Below, piece by piece: positions 18,906 through 27,533 of a stretch of DNA of 64,000 nucleotides (the stretch's first letter is position 1; each line of letters starts with the position of its first letter). The stretch comes from an uncultured bacterium (lineage in GTDB: Bacteria; Omnitrophota; Omnitrophia; Omnitrophales; Aquincolibacteriaceae). The notes beneath the pieces are model-generated. The model saw only the letters and a list, made by a program, of their open reading frames with translations, was not told where the DNA came from and made no database searches. The position numbers and the translations under genes were made by a program. The stretch covers positions 79,986-143,985 of the forward strand of contig CAYPIR010000003.1 in assembly GCA_964410905.1 (NCBI GenBank), read 5' to 3'.

Positions 18906-19036
18906 AAATAACTCCCCCCAAAAGCCTCCTCTACGTTACCCCCGCTAAAACGCTGTAAAGCAAACATCTCTTTTTAGAACAAGGGAGCCGATATAAACTA
19001 CACCTGAAAATTGCTTATCAACGAGGTGGTGAAAAC

Positions 19037-19780
19037 GTGGCGAAGAAAAAAAAGGCAAAACTTGCGAAAGAATTAGACCTGCTAATTCCTATGTATAAAT
19101 GGGAATTCTTACGTAGGAATAAGGATTACATCAAGGATTGTGAGAGCTGGACCAAACGCACTCGTAATCAATGGAACAAGAGAGAAATTGTTCTCGGTTA
19201 TAAGTTTAACGGCAAAATATCCGATTGGGGAAAGCCACACACTAAGGAAGCGATGACGGCAACGCTTGCTTACTGTCGTAGGCATTTCGAAGAATGGCAG
19301 TCTGAACGATTCGATTCATGGCGAAAGTACAAAGTAAAATGGGCAATAAACCTTCCTTTTAATCCTAACCTGTCGTACGTTCCATTTTTTATGGAGATAG
19401 CTCCTTTTAACATCATTACTGAACCACCCATGTCTAGCGATGGGGGGAATGATTTTCTTCTGGAAAAAGGGACGAGTTCTTTATTGCAAGTTAATTGGGA
19501 AGCTAACGTCGAAGACTTAAATCTTTCTTTCGAGAGAATCCTCCAGTTAAAAAAAATTCTTCTGAAAAACAAGCGGAAAGCCCACACATCCCATACTCAT
19601 TTTGATGTATATCACGATGCTTTAATTGTTTGGGACTTGAAGCAGGAAGAGAAAACTTATGCTGACATGCAGGATAGCAAATGGTTCACCCCCAACCAAA
19701 AGCGCTCTTCCACTAATATCCAAGACTGTTTCCAAGTTGCGGAGAAGCTAATCAAGGGAGGCTACAAGGAAATAAGGTAA
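19037..19780 (+). CDS. hypothetical protein (247 aa) with N-terminal WEFLRRN motif; possibly a mobile-element regulatory protein
   Basis: An ORF. The motif YKWEFLRRNKDY resembles a motif I associate with ICE regulatory proteins of the DUF6499/DUF2285 type. This is a tentative recollection only. Confidence 0.45.
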   Translation: MAKKKKAKLAKELDLLIPMYKWEFLRRNKDYIKDCESWTKRTRNQWNKREIVLGYKFNGKISDWGKPHTKEAMTATLAYCRRHFEEWQSERFDSWRKYKVKWAINLPFNPNLSYVPFFMEIAPFNIITEPPMSSDGGNDFLLEKGTSSLLQVNWEANVEDLNLSFERILQLKKILLKNKRKAHTSHTHFDVYHDALIVWDLKQEEKTYADMQDSKWFTPNQKRSSTNIQDCFQVAEKLIKGGYKEIR

Positions 19781-19858
19781 CCCCCCGTCGCTCCTTTAAT
19801 GAATTTCTTATTCGGCGAGTAAAATAGTCCCCACTTTAGAAAAACGTGGGGATTTTTT

Positions 19859-20197
19859 ATGCCTGAAGATGCGAAGAAAAATGATTTGCTTGTCACCGAA
19901 GTTGAAATAATTCCTCTTAAAACCTGCAACGGACACATCGGTTTTGCATCCTTCGTTCTGAACCACCAGATTTTTATTGGTAACATTGCGATTTATTCTC
20001 GCCCTAATGGTAGCGGGTTGAGATGCGTTTTCCCCACGAAGCGACTTCCGACAGGCGGAGCTATCCAGCTCGTTCATCCCATCACGAAAGAGGCTGGGCT
20101 TCTAATCGAAAAAGCGGTCTTTGAACAATACAAAAAGGTGGTCATAAAAAGTGGCGAAGAAAAAGAGAATCGAAATCTTTCTTGGCGACAAGGCTAA
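19859..20197 (+). CDS. SpoVG-family protein (island-borne paralog)
   Basis: 112 aa. ...LLVTEVEIIPLKTCNGHIGFASFVLNHQIFIGNIAIYSRPNGSGLRCVFPTKRLPTGGAIQLVHPI... follows the SpoVG pattern (V..I......AFASI.FD..FV...I.VI.G.NGLFV.MPS....G...D.AHPI). Confidence 0.6.
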   Translation: MPEDAKKNDLLVTEVEIIPLKTCNGHIGFASFVLNHQIFIGNIAIYSRPNGSGLRCVFPTKRLPTGGAIQLVHPITKEAGLLIEKAVFEQYKKVVIKSGEEKENRNLSWRQG

Positions 20198-21047
20198 GAG
20201 AAATAACTTTATTATGATTTCACGGAAAGTGAGGGCGCATGTCCTTGAGGGGCAGCTTTCTCCTTTCGACCTGCTCGTTGCTGTTTGGACTGGGATTTTA
20301 TTTGAATATGGCTGCAACGAATGTGTTACGAATTATTGTAAAATCGCTGACGGATTAGAGAAGTTGGCTGATGCTGACAAAATTCGTCAATCTCTCAAGA
20401 GGTTAAAGAAGTCGAAAATCATAAATTTCAAAACAAGACAGGGGGAAAAATACACACCCTTTTACATATCAAATTTATACCCTGCCAAAACTAAGAAATC
20501 CTCCGAAGTTAAAACAAGTTCTCCGAAGTTTAAGGAACGCCTAATCCCTTCTGGCGCAGGCAGATGCGATAATCCTGTCCCTCTGATTTCCGAAGTTCCT
20601 ACTGACCAGAAAGAGAAGAGAGGAAGAGATGAGATTAAAGAAGAGATAAGAAGGCATCCTCTTTTCTCTCGTTTTTCTGAAGCGCAATGGCAAGAAATTT
20701 TCTCATCCTTCCCGCTCGATTTTTTAATCCGCAAACTCACTAAATGGATTAAGGCTCCCAAGAAGGCGGAATTCTCCTTTTCTTTTGATGGGCTTATGAA
20801 GCTTTTGAGAGAGGACTGGCAAAAAGCAAAGCCAGCTCGCTCGTATAATCGTGACAACGAAGAATTCGCTGCCAATCAAAAGAAATGGGCGGAGCAAGGT
20901 TCATGCCCTCCGCCGAAAGATTTTTTAGATTTGAAAGACCGCCTCAAGCAAGAATCCCGATTGTCCTCGCCAGATAGCCCGAATTTATCTTCGTCAGCAC
21001 CAACTTCAACAACAGCAATCCCAAAAGGAGAAAAGAAAAATGAATGA
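20151..21047 (+). CDS. hypothetical protein (298 aa), basic/low-complexity C-terminus; start uncertain
   Basis: An ORF. Overlaps the upstream gene by 47 nt, so the internal Met at ~20211 is a possible start. No recognised family; a possible replication or regulatory function is speculation. Confidence 0.4.
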   Translation: MAKKKRIEIFLGDKAKRNNFIMISRKVRAHVLEGQLSPFDLLVAVWTGILFEYGCNECVTNYCKIADGLEKLADADKIRQSLKRLKKSKIINFKTRQGEKYTPFYISNLYPAKTKKSSEVKTSSPKFKERLIPSGAGRCDNPVPLISEVPTDQKEKRGRDEIKEEIRRHPLFSRFSEAQWQEIFSSFPLDFLIRKLTKWIKAPKKAEFSFSFDGLMKLLREDWQKAKPARSYNRDNEEFAANQKKWAEQGSCPPPKDFLDLKDRLKQESRLSSPDSPNLSSSAPTSTTAIPKGEKKNE

Positions 21048-21228
21048 GCAAACGAAATTGCTTACAGTCCAACAAGTAGCAGAAATTTTGAGCGTTCAGA
21101 CCAGCTGGGTCTACGAGCAAGCGAGGAAGAATAAAATTCCACACGTTCGATTGGGAAAGTATCTCCGTTTCAAAATGGATGAAATTCACCAGTATGTGGA
21201 AGCGAAAAAGACCGAATCTTCTTCCTGA
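21040..21228 (+). CDS. excisionase/AlpA-family helix-turn-helix DNA-binding protein
   Basis: 62 aa. LLTVQQVAEILSVQTSWVYEQARKNKIPHVRLGKYLRFKMDEI is a Xis/MerR-superfamily HTH. Lies immediately upstream of the integrase. Confidence 0.6.
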   Translation: MNEQTKLLTVQQVAEILSVQTSWVYEQARKNKIPHVRLGKYLRFKMDEIHQYVEAKKTESSS

Positions 21229-21278
21229 CAGTAAGGGGCGGATTAAAATCAAAAAAAAAAGAAGGTTGATAATGCATT

Positions 21279-22478
21279 ATGCTCGGCTCAATTAGAACAA
21301 GGTTCTCTAAGCGTGACCCGAAAAAGCCTCTCTATTATCTCTGTTATAGGATTGGGAAAAAACAGGTGTGGGAGGCTGCGGGTTCGCATAAAAAAACAGC
21401 TGAGAGAAAATTAACAGAAACAATCAATGCGCTCAATGACGGGACGTACGTTAAGGTCAAAGAAATATCATTTGCTGAATTCGCTCGTGAATGGCTTCAG
21501 ATTTATGCGTCAGTACATGTCAAGGAATCCACTTTCCGCTCCTATCGAAGCGTTATTACGCAGCATCTGATTCCAGACTTGGGGCATTACCCTGTGACAT
21601 TGATTACCCCTCACGTTGTTCAACAGTTTCTCTCTGCGGTTCTTAAAAAAACTACTAAACGAAAAAAACCGACGACTACAAAGACCGCAAACAATATGCT
21701 CAAGCTAATGAAAACCGTCTTCAAATATGCGTGCAAATGGGGTTACATGAGGTTTAATCCTGCCGAAGACATTGAATCATTTCCCGTTTCACACGAAGAA
21801 ATGCATTTTCTTGAGCCAGAAGACATCAGGGCGTTGCTTAATGCCTCTCTTGAGCCGTTCCGAACGCTTTTTTTGACAGCAGTGATGACGGGAATGAGAC
21901 GTGGTGAGCTGCTTGCGCTGCAATGGGGGGATATTGACTGGAACAGCAGCAGGATTTTTGTTCGGCGGACTCTTTTTTGGTTCAGTTGCGAAGAAGCCAG
22001 TGAAAGAAAGCATGATGAGCGATGGAAGTTTGGAACACCCAAAACAAAGAACTCTTATCGAACGATACCAATGTCACCTGAATTGAAAAAGGCGCTTCAG
22101 ATTCACCACATTAAATCGCCAGTCAACGAACATGGCTTGGTTTTTTGCAGCAAAGAAGGAAAGCCGATTGACCCCGATAATATGGTGAAGCGTGAATTTC
22201 ATTACGCTCTCACGACAGCAGGATTGCGGAGGATTCGTTTTCATGACTTACGGCATACGTGCGCAGCCGTGCTAATTGCAGCTGACTTTAATCCAAAATT
22301 TATTCAAATGTTTCTGGGACATGCATCTATCCAAACGACAATGGACCGCTATGGTCATCTTTTCAAAATTGATAATGAAAAAGTGGGTGACCGAATCGAC
22401 CAAACGGTTTTTGAAAAATCTAACAAAAATCTAACAGAATCAGCCGAGCCATCAAAATCAACCCAAATGCAAGATTGA
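21279..22478 (+). CDS. tyrosine-type site-specific integrase
   Basis: 399 aa. The C-terminal catalytic region shows ...FHDLRHTCAAVLIAAD...LGHASIQTTMDRYGHL, the R..H.R.Y pattern. Confidence 0.9.
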   Translation: MLGSIRTRFSKRDPKKPLYYLCYRIGKKQVWEAAGSHKKTAERKLTETINALNDGTYVKVKEISFAEFAREWLQIYASVHVKESTFRSYRSVITQHLIPDLGHYPVTLITPHVVQQFLSAVLKKTTKRKKPTTTKTANNMLKLMKTVFKYACKWGYMRFNPAEDIESFPVSHEEMHFLEPEDIRALLNASLEPFRTLFLTAVMTGMRRGELLALQWGDIDWNSSRIFVRRTLFWFSCEEASERKHDERWKFGTPKTKNSYRTIPMSPELKKALQIHHIKSPVNEHGLVFCSKEGKPIDPDNMVKREFHYALTTAGLRRIRFHDLRHTCAAVLIAADFNPKFIQMFLGHASIQTTMDRYGHLFKIDNEKVGDRIDQTVFEKSNKNLTESAEPSKSTQMQD

Positions 22479-22554
22479 CGTAACTCATTTTCCCCACTAA
22501 CATATCTCGGCGATTAAGAGGAAAGGTAATCATCCCTGGGGTTCAAAAGCGACC

Positions 22555-22599
22555 CTCATAACCCAAAGGTCACTGGTTCAAATCCAGTCCCCGCTACCA
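22555..22599 (+). repeat. attR: displaced 3' half of tRNA-Met
   Basis: ctcataacccaaaggtcActggttcaaatccagTccccgctacca compared with the tRNA copy (G and C at the two capitalised positions). The base change preserves T-stem pairing as A:U. Confidence 0.75.
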
Positions 22600-22611
22600 G
22601 TTACGAGAAAA

Positions 22612-22647
22612 GGGGTTGCGTAAAAAAACGCAGCCCCTTTATAATTT
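22612..22647 (+). terminator. terminator-like hairpin after attR
   Basis: GGGGTTGCG...CGCAGCCCC followed by a T-rich run. Mirrors the terminator after the intact tRNA. Confidence 0.4.
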
Positions 22648-22769
22648 AATGCGTGGCTTTACTCCTCAACTTCCCAGCCAAAACCATCCGTAGTTCAGAC
22701 TTTTCTACCATTATAAATCTGTCTGTGAAATTATTAACTTTTACAGATGTGATTTTATACGACAATTAT

Positions 22770-23240
22770 TTAACCTTTATTTTCTTGCTTAGGAAAAACT
22801 CTTTTCTCCACTCCCGTGAATACAACCAAAACCAATAAAACAATAATTGTGGCCGTTGTGGCTATTTTATAAAGTCCGACTCCGCAAGTCATGCCAATTC
22901 CGCAAATTGCCCAGATGCCCGCCGCCGTTGTAAGCCCGCGAACCGAGCCCTGCTGCGAGCGGATAATCGCGCCGGCACCCAAAAAACCAATCCCTGTTAC
23001 AACTTGCGCGGCAATACGCGACGGATCAACAAACGCCTCTCCCTTATACAAAATATGAATTTCTGTCGACAAAATCATAATAAGCGCCGAACCGACACAA
23101 ACTAGCGTATAGGTTTTAAATCCGGCGTCTTTGCCATTTATGCCTCGCTCAAAGCCGACGAGCGCGCCCAAAATAGCCGCTACAAAAAGTCTCAAAAGAA
23201 CCTGTGCTTCATGTGCAGAAAATAAATTTAAAACATCCAT
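22770..23240 (-). CDS. MgtC/SapB family membrane protein
   Basis: 156 aa. ...AAILGALVGFERG...GFKTYTLVCVGSAL...TGIGFLGAGAI is the MgtC signature. Confidence 0.8.
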   Translation of the reverse strand: MDVLNLFSAHEAQVLLRLFVAAILGALVGFERGINGKDAGFKTYTLVCVGSALIMILSTEIHILYKGEAFVDPSRIAAQVVTGIGFLGAGAIIRSQQGSVRGLTTAAGIWAICGIGMTCGVGLYKIATTATIIVLLVLVVFTGVEKRVFPKQENKG

Positions 23241-23300
23241 TGCTCAATTCTCCTTATTAGTTTGAATTTTATCGGCTAAATCTCTTGAGACTAAAACCTC

Positions 23301-24353
23301 TTACACAATTGAAAGACCGGGATCGCCTGTCATATTAAGTTTCGACTTAATTCCCTTTTTATAAAGGTCGTAGCCGAGCCGCGCGATCATCCCCGCATTG
23401 TCAGTCGATAACGCAAGCAACGGTAGCCAAACCCGAACCCCTATTTTATTCGCGCGCCGTTGCAGCTCTTCTCTTAGATACGAATTGGCGCTTACACCTC
23501 CGCCGACAACAATGTCTTTTGTTTTCCTATGTTCAGTCGCCGCGAGAGTCTTATCAACAACCCAACCGATAACAGCGCGCTGAAAACTTGCGGCGACATC
23601 TTTAACGGATTTCGCTTTTAATTTTTTTCCGGTTTTTGGATTACAAACAAGATAAAGAACCGCCGTTTTAATCCCGCTAAAACTAAAGTTAAATCGTCCG
23701 TCAAGTTTGGGCTGCGTAAAACTAATGGCATTTGGATTTCCCGTCCTCGCTAATCGATCGATAATCGGCCCGCCCGGATAACTTAGCCCCAAAATCTTTG
23801 CCGTTTTGTCATACGCTTCACCAATCGCGTCATCTATTGTCTCGCCAAGTATTTGACTTTTTCCATTTCGATTAAAAAGAATTGTCGTATGTCCGCCTGA
23901 AACAATAAGCCCGATATAAGATTTGGGCTCAGCGGCATTTAAAAAATTCGCCTTAAGATGCGCTTCCATATGATTTACGCCTATAACAGGAATGCCGAGC
24001 TGGTAACCAAGCGATTTAGCGAAGGATACTCCGACAAGAAGAGAGCCGATGAGTCCTGGCCCGCGAGTAACCGCAATCGCGTCTAAAGCGCCAGCTTTGA
24101 CTCGCGCCTCGCGCAGCGCCTCCTCAAAAACTTTTTGAACTTGTTCCAAACAATGCCGTGAAGCAATTTCGGGGACCACACCACCAAATTTTTTGTGACG
24201 AAACAAACTCGAAGAAACAACGTTTGAAAGAAGTTTATCTTTACCGCGCAATACTGCAAAAGATGTTTCGTCGCAAGATGTTTCTATGCCCAATATAAGA
24301 GGCTGGCGACGCGCGTTTTTAGGCGAGTTTTTTTTGTAGGATTTCATTAACAA
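23301..24353 (-). CDS. tsaD: tRNA N6-adenosine threonylcarbamoyltransferase
   Basis: LILGIETSCDETSFAVL...GVVPEIASRHCLEQV... is the Kae1/TsaD family. The start is uncertain because the ORF overlaps the gatB 3' end. Confidence 0.9.
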   Translation of the reverse strand: MLMKSYKKNSPKNARRQPLILGIETSCDETSFAVLRGKDKLLSNVVSSSLFRHKKFGGVVPEIASRHCLEQVQKVFEEALREARVKAGALDAIAVTRGPGLIGSLLVGVSFAKSLGYQLGIPVIGVNHMEAHLKANFLNAAEPKSYIGLIVSGGHTTILFNRNGKSQILGETIDDAIGEAYDKTAKILGLSYPGGPIIDRLARTGNPNAISFTQPKLDGRFNFSFSGIKTAVLYLVCNPKTGKKLKAKSVKDVAASFQRAVIGWVVDKTLAATEHRKTKDIVVGGGVSANSYLREELQRRANKIGVRVWLPLLALSTDNAGMIARLGYDLYKKGIKSKLNMTGDPGLSIV

Positions 24354-25761
24354 CTTTCGGATTCGCTTTACCTTGAGTTTTTTTCATCACTTGTCCAACA
24401 ATTGCGCCGATGGCTTTTTGTTTTCCAGCTTTAAATTCCGCCACCGCAGCAGGGTTAGCCGCAATTGCTTCTTCGACTGCTTTCTCAATCAATCCCGTGT
24501 CGGATACTTGAACAAAACCTTTCTCGTTAACTATCGTTTCAGCAGATTTTTTTGTCTCTGCCATTTCACGCAAAACATCTTTCGCGATTTTTCCGCTAAT
24601 AGTTCCCTTTTCAATTAACTTCAAAAGAGCGGCAAATTCCGCATCTGGCACAGGTGATGTTTCAATCGAAATATTTCGCGAATTGAGATATGACAAAAGT
24701 TCATTTTGAATCCAGTTTGCCGCAAGTTTGCTTGAGATGCCCGCATTAACCACGCTTTCAAAATAGTCGGCGAGTTTTTTGTCTTGAACAAGCACGCCCG
24801 CGTCATAAGCAGAAATTTCATATGCCGCAACAAATCTTTTTGCGCGAACCTTCGGAAGCTCGGGAATGGTTTTGCGAATTTCTTCTATGTCTTCTCGCTT
24901 AAGCGTAAACGGCACGAGATCCGGGTCGGGGAAATATCTGTAGTCGTGAGCGTCTTCTTTTGAGCGCATTGAAACGGTTTCGCCTTTTACGTCATTCCAA
25001 AGCCTAGTTTCCTGAACAATTTTTTCTCCATTTTCAACAGCTTCAATTTGCCTTGCTATTTCGTATTGAATTGCCCGCTGAACCATTTTAAAAGAATTGA
25101 GATTTTTAATTTCAACTTTTGTCCCAAGCTCTTTTTGTCCAAGCGGACGAACCGAAATATTCGCGTCGCATCTAAGACTTCCTTTTTCCATATCGCAGTC
25201 GCTCGCCTCAGCATATTGCAAAATTGCCTTTAATGTTGAAAGATAATCGTAGGCTTCGCGCGCGCCGCGCATATCAGGTTCAGAAACAATTTCAAGAAGC
25301 GGGGTTCCGCCGCGGTTATAGTCAACGAGACTTCCGTCAACTATTCCCTCGTGCAAAAGTTTTCCCGCGTCTTCTTCCAAATGCGCGCGCGTTATCCCTA
25401 TCTTTTTTTCTATTTTATTTCCCGTCGCGTCCTCAGTTTCTATTTCAACTTCTCCCCTTCCGTTCACAGGCATATCAAACTGAGAAATCTGATACGCTTT
25501 TGGAAGGTCGGGATAAAAATAGTTTTTGCGGTCAAACTTAAGTCTCTCGGTAACTTTACAGCCAAGCGCGAGCCCCGCGCGAATAGCAAGTCTTAAAGCC
25601 TCGCGGTTCACAACCGGAAGAGAGCCCGGCCAGCCCATGCATACTGGACAGGTATGTGCGTTTCCCGTCGCGCCGAACTCAGTCGAACAAGAACAAAAAA
25701 GTTTCGACTTTGTTTTAAGTTGAACGTGAGTTTCAAGCCCAATAACCGCTTCGTAAGTCAT
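24319..25761 (-). CDS. gatB: Asp-tRNA(Asn)/Glu-tRNA(Gln) amidotransferase subunit B
   Basis: 480 aa. MTYEAVIGLETHVQLKTKSKLFCSCSTEFG...NAHTCPVCMGWPGSLP... Confidence 0.9.
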   Translation of the reverse strand: MTYEAVIGLETHVQLKTKSKLFCSCSTEFGATGNAHTCPVCMGWPGSLPVVNREALRLAIRAGLALGCKVTERLKFDRKNYFYPDLPKAYQISQFDMPVNGRGEVEIETEDATGNKIEKKIGITRAHLEEDAGKLLHEGIVDGSLVDYNRGGTPLLEIVSEPDMRGAREAYDYLSTLKAILQYAEASDCDMEKGSLRCDANISVRPLGQKELGTKVEIKNLNSFKMVQRAIQYEIARQIEAVENGEKIVQETRLWNDVKGETVSMRSKEDAHDYRYFPDPDLVPFTLKREDIEEIRKTIPELPKVRAKRFVAAYEISAYDAGVLVQDKKLADYFESVVNAGISSKLAANWIQNELLSYLNSRNISIETSPVPDAEFAALLKLIEKGTISGKIAKDVLREMAETKKSAETIVNEKGFVQVSDTGLIEKAVEEAIAANPAAVAEFKAGKQKAIGAIVGQVMKKTQGKANPKVVNEILQKKLA

Positions 25762-26281
25762 TCAAAAATCCTTTATTTGATTCGTATTTAAATAGTTCGT
25801 TTATCTTGCGTTGAGCATTTTAGCACTATCGGCAATTTACCATAAACTTTTTAAAACAAAAACCGTTCTCTAATAGTCATAATGGTTTTGCCGCTTAAAA
25901 TTATTTTATATTTACGACTTGGCTTTTTCCCAGTCGCGTTTATTTTTATTATTTCGCGTCGTGTTTCAAGCTTATATTTTTACAAAAGTTTGCCAATGGG
26001 CTTTGGGCCTTTCAAAAGTTCTTTTAATTTAGAGTTTGTTTTTGAGTCCCAAAATTGAGGAGTAAAGTTGTAAAAATCAATAATTTCGCAGATAAAATCA
26101 GTTAAGCAGCATCGACGAGTTGGTCGCAGGGCACGATGAGAAAAAATCAAAAACTTTTTAATAAATCTGTTTGCGAATTAACTGACATGTACAAACTTCA
26201 TTGGGTTCTTTAACCTAAAATTTAGGAATCTGCGGTAATAGATCCATTCATCTTTGCGTATGCGTATAAGGCTACATTTTG

Positions 26282-27532
26282 TTAGGCAAGACAAATTCTC
26301 GCGACAGTATTTTCAGGAAAAAGTTTATGATTTTCGGCAATAGAAATCTTTATCTTTTGTTCTATCCCGCCGCAAGATATTTCCTCTACAAATTTATTAG
26401 TGAGGCAATCAAAAATTTTATCTAAAACTATTTCAAAAGGCTCGTATCTAAGCGGCGACAGGATTTCTATTTTATCGCCTTTCTTTAATTTGTGCCGCAA
26501 TTCAAGGACCAAAAAACCGTCGCCGCTCTCTCTGACAACTCCAGCATTTCTCCATTCGCTTTTGCTCGCGGTTTCATTGTAGTCTTGCGCCGTTTCGCCA
26601 GGAACGCCGTCAAAAAAACCCAATGTATATCCTCTGTTTTGCAGCATTTTTAATTCTTGAAAATACGCTTCGGCGTTAGATGGCCAACTTTTTGGATTTT
26701 CAAAATAATCATCTATGGCTTTGCGATAGGCGCGCGCAACAGACGCGACATAATATGAAGTTTTGTTTCTGCCCTCTATTTTCAAACTGTCAAAACCCGC
26801 CGATAAAATCAAATCCAGTTTAGGCATCAGACACAAATCTTTCGAATTCAATATATATGAACCGTGCTCGTCTTCTTCAAGCGTTAGAAATTCTCCCGGC
26901 CGCAATTCTTCTTCCATAATAAGTTTGCTTTTATATTTCCATCTGCACGAATGCGCGCAAAGCCCTTGATTCGCGCCGCGGCCTGTCATAAACGCCGACA
27001 TCAGACATCTTCCTGAATAAGACACGCACATTGCCCCGTGAATAAAAATCTCCAATTTTATGTCAGGACAAATTTCGCGTATTTTGCGAGCCTCGTCAAA
27101 ACTGACTTCACGTCCCAAAACGCAAAGCTCCGCGCCCAAATTCTTCCAAAAATCGACTGTCAGATATGAGCACACATTGGCTTGAGTAGATACATGCAAA
27201 GGCATTTCGGGAATTTCTTTTTTAATCGCGAGAAAAATGCCTGGATCGGAAACAATCACTCCGTCGGGAGCAAGATTTTTCAAAGTTTCGATAAATTCAC
27301 CGAGTTTATCGGCGTCTTTATTGTGAGAAAACAAATTGAGAGCAAGATAAACTTTCTTACCCAAGTTATGCGCAAATTTTATTCCTTCCCGCATATCCTC
27401 AAGCGGAAATTTCGATTTAGCACGCAAAGACATTTGCGGCGTTCCGGCATAAACAGCGTCCGCGCCATAGAGAAAAGCCGTTTTAAGAGACTGAAGACTG
27501 CCTGCGGGCAGCAAAAGTTCTGGCTTTTTCAT
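26282..27532 (-). CDS. peptidase U32 family protein
   Basis: 416 aa. MKKPELLLPAGSLQSLKTAFLYGADAVY...EIFIHGAMCVSYSGRCLMS... are U32 signatures. Confidence 0.85.
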   Translation of the reverse strand: MKKPELLLPAGSLQSLKTAFLYGADAVYAGTPQMSLRAKSKFPLEDMREGIKFAHNLGKKVYLALNLFSHNKDADKLGEFIETLKNLAPDGVIVSDPGIFLAIKKEIPEMPLHVSTQANVCSYLTVDFWKNLGAELCVLGREVSFDEARKIREICPDIKLEIFIHGAMCVSYSGRCLMSAFMTGRGANQGLCAHSCRWKYKSKLIMEEELRPGEFLTLEEDEHGSYILNSKDLCLMPKLDLILSAGFDSLKIEGRNKTSYYVASVARAYRKAIDDYFENPKSWPSNAEAYFQELKMLQNRGYTLGFFDGVPGETAQDYNETASKSEWRNAGVVRESGDGFLVLELRHKLKKGDKIEILSPLRYEPFEIVLDKIFDCLTNKFVEEISCGGIEQKIKISIAENHKLFPENTVARICLA

Positions 27533-27533
27533 A

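Larger units (their letters stand above)
11772..22554. mobile_element. ~10.8-kb integrated genomic island (integrative element) in tRNA-Met
   Basis: Bounded by an intact tRNA-Met and a displaced tRNA 3'-half copy. Carries a tyrosine integrase and an excisionase at the distal end, a serine recombinase and restriction-modification genes. GC content is visibly higher than the flanks, and TGA/TAG stops are used, against the host's mostly-TAA usage. Confidence 0.75.

Noticed and set aside
25762-26281. tmRNA, RNase P RNA or SRP RNA in the long intergenic spacer
   Set aside because: No tag-peptide reading frame and no conserved P4 or SRP domain-IV motifs were seen by eye. This remains only a region to scan.
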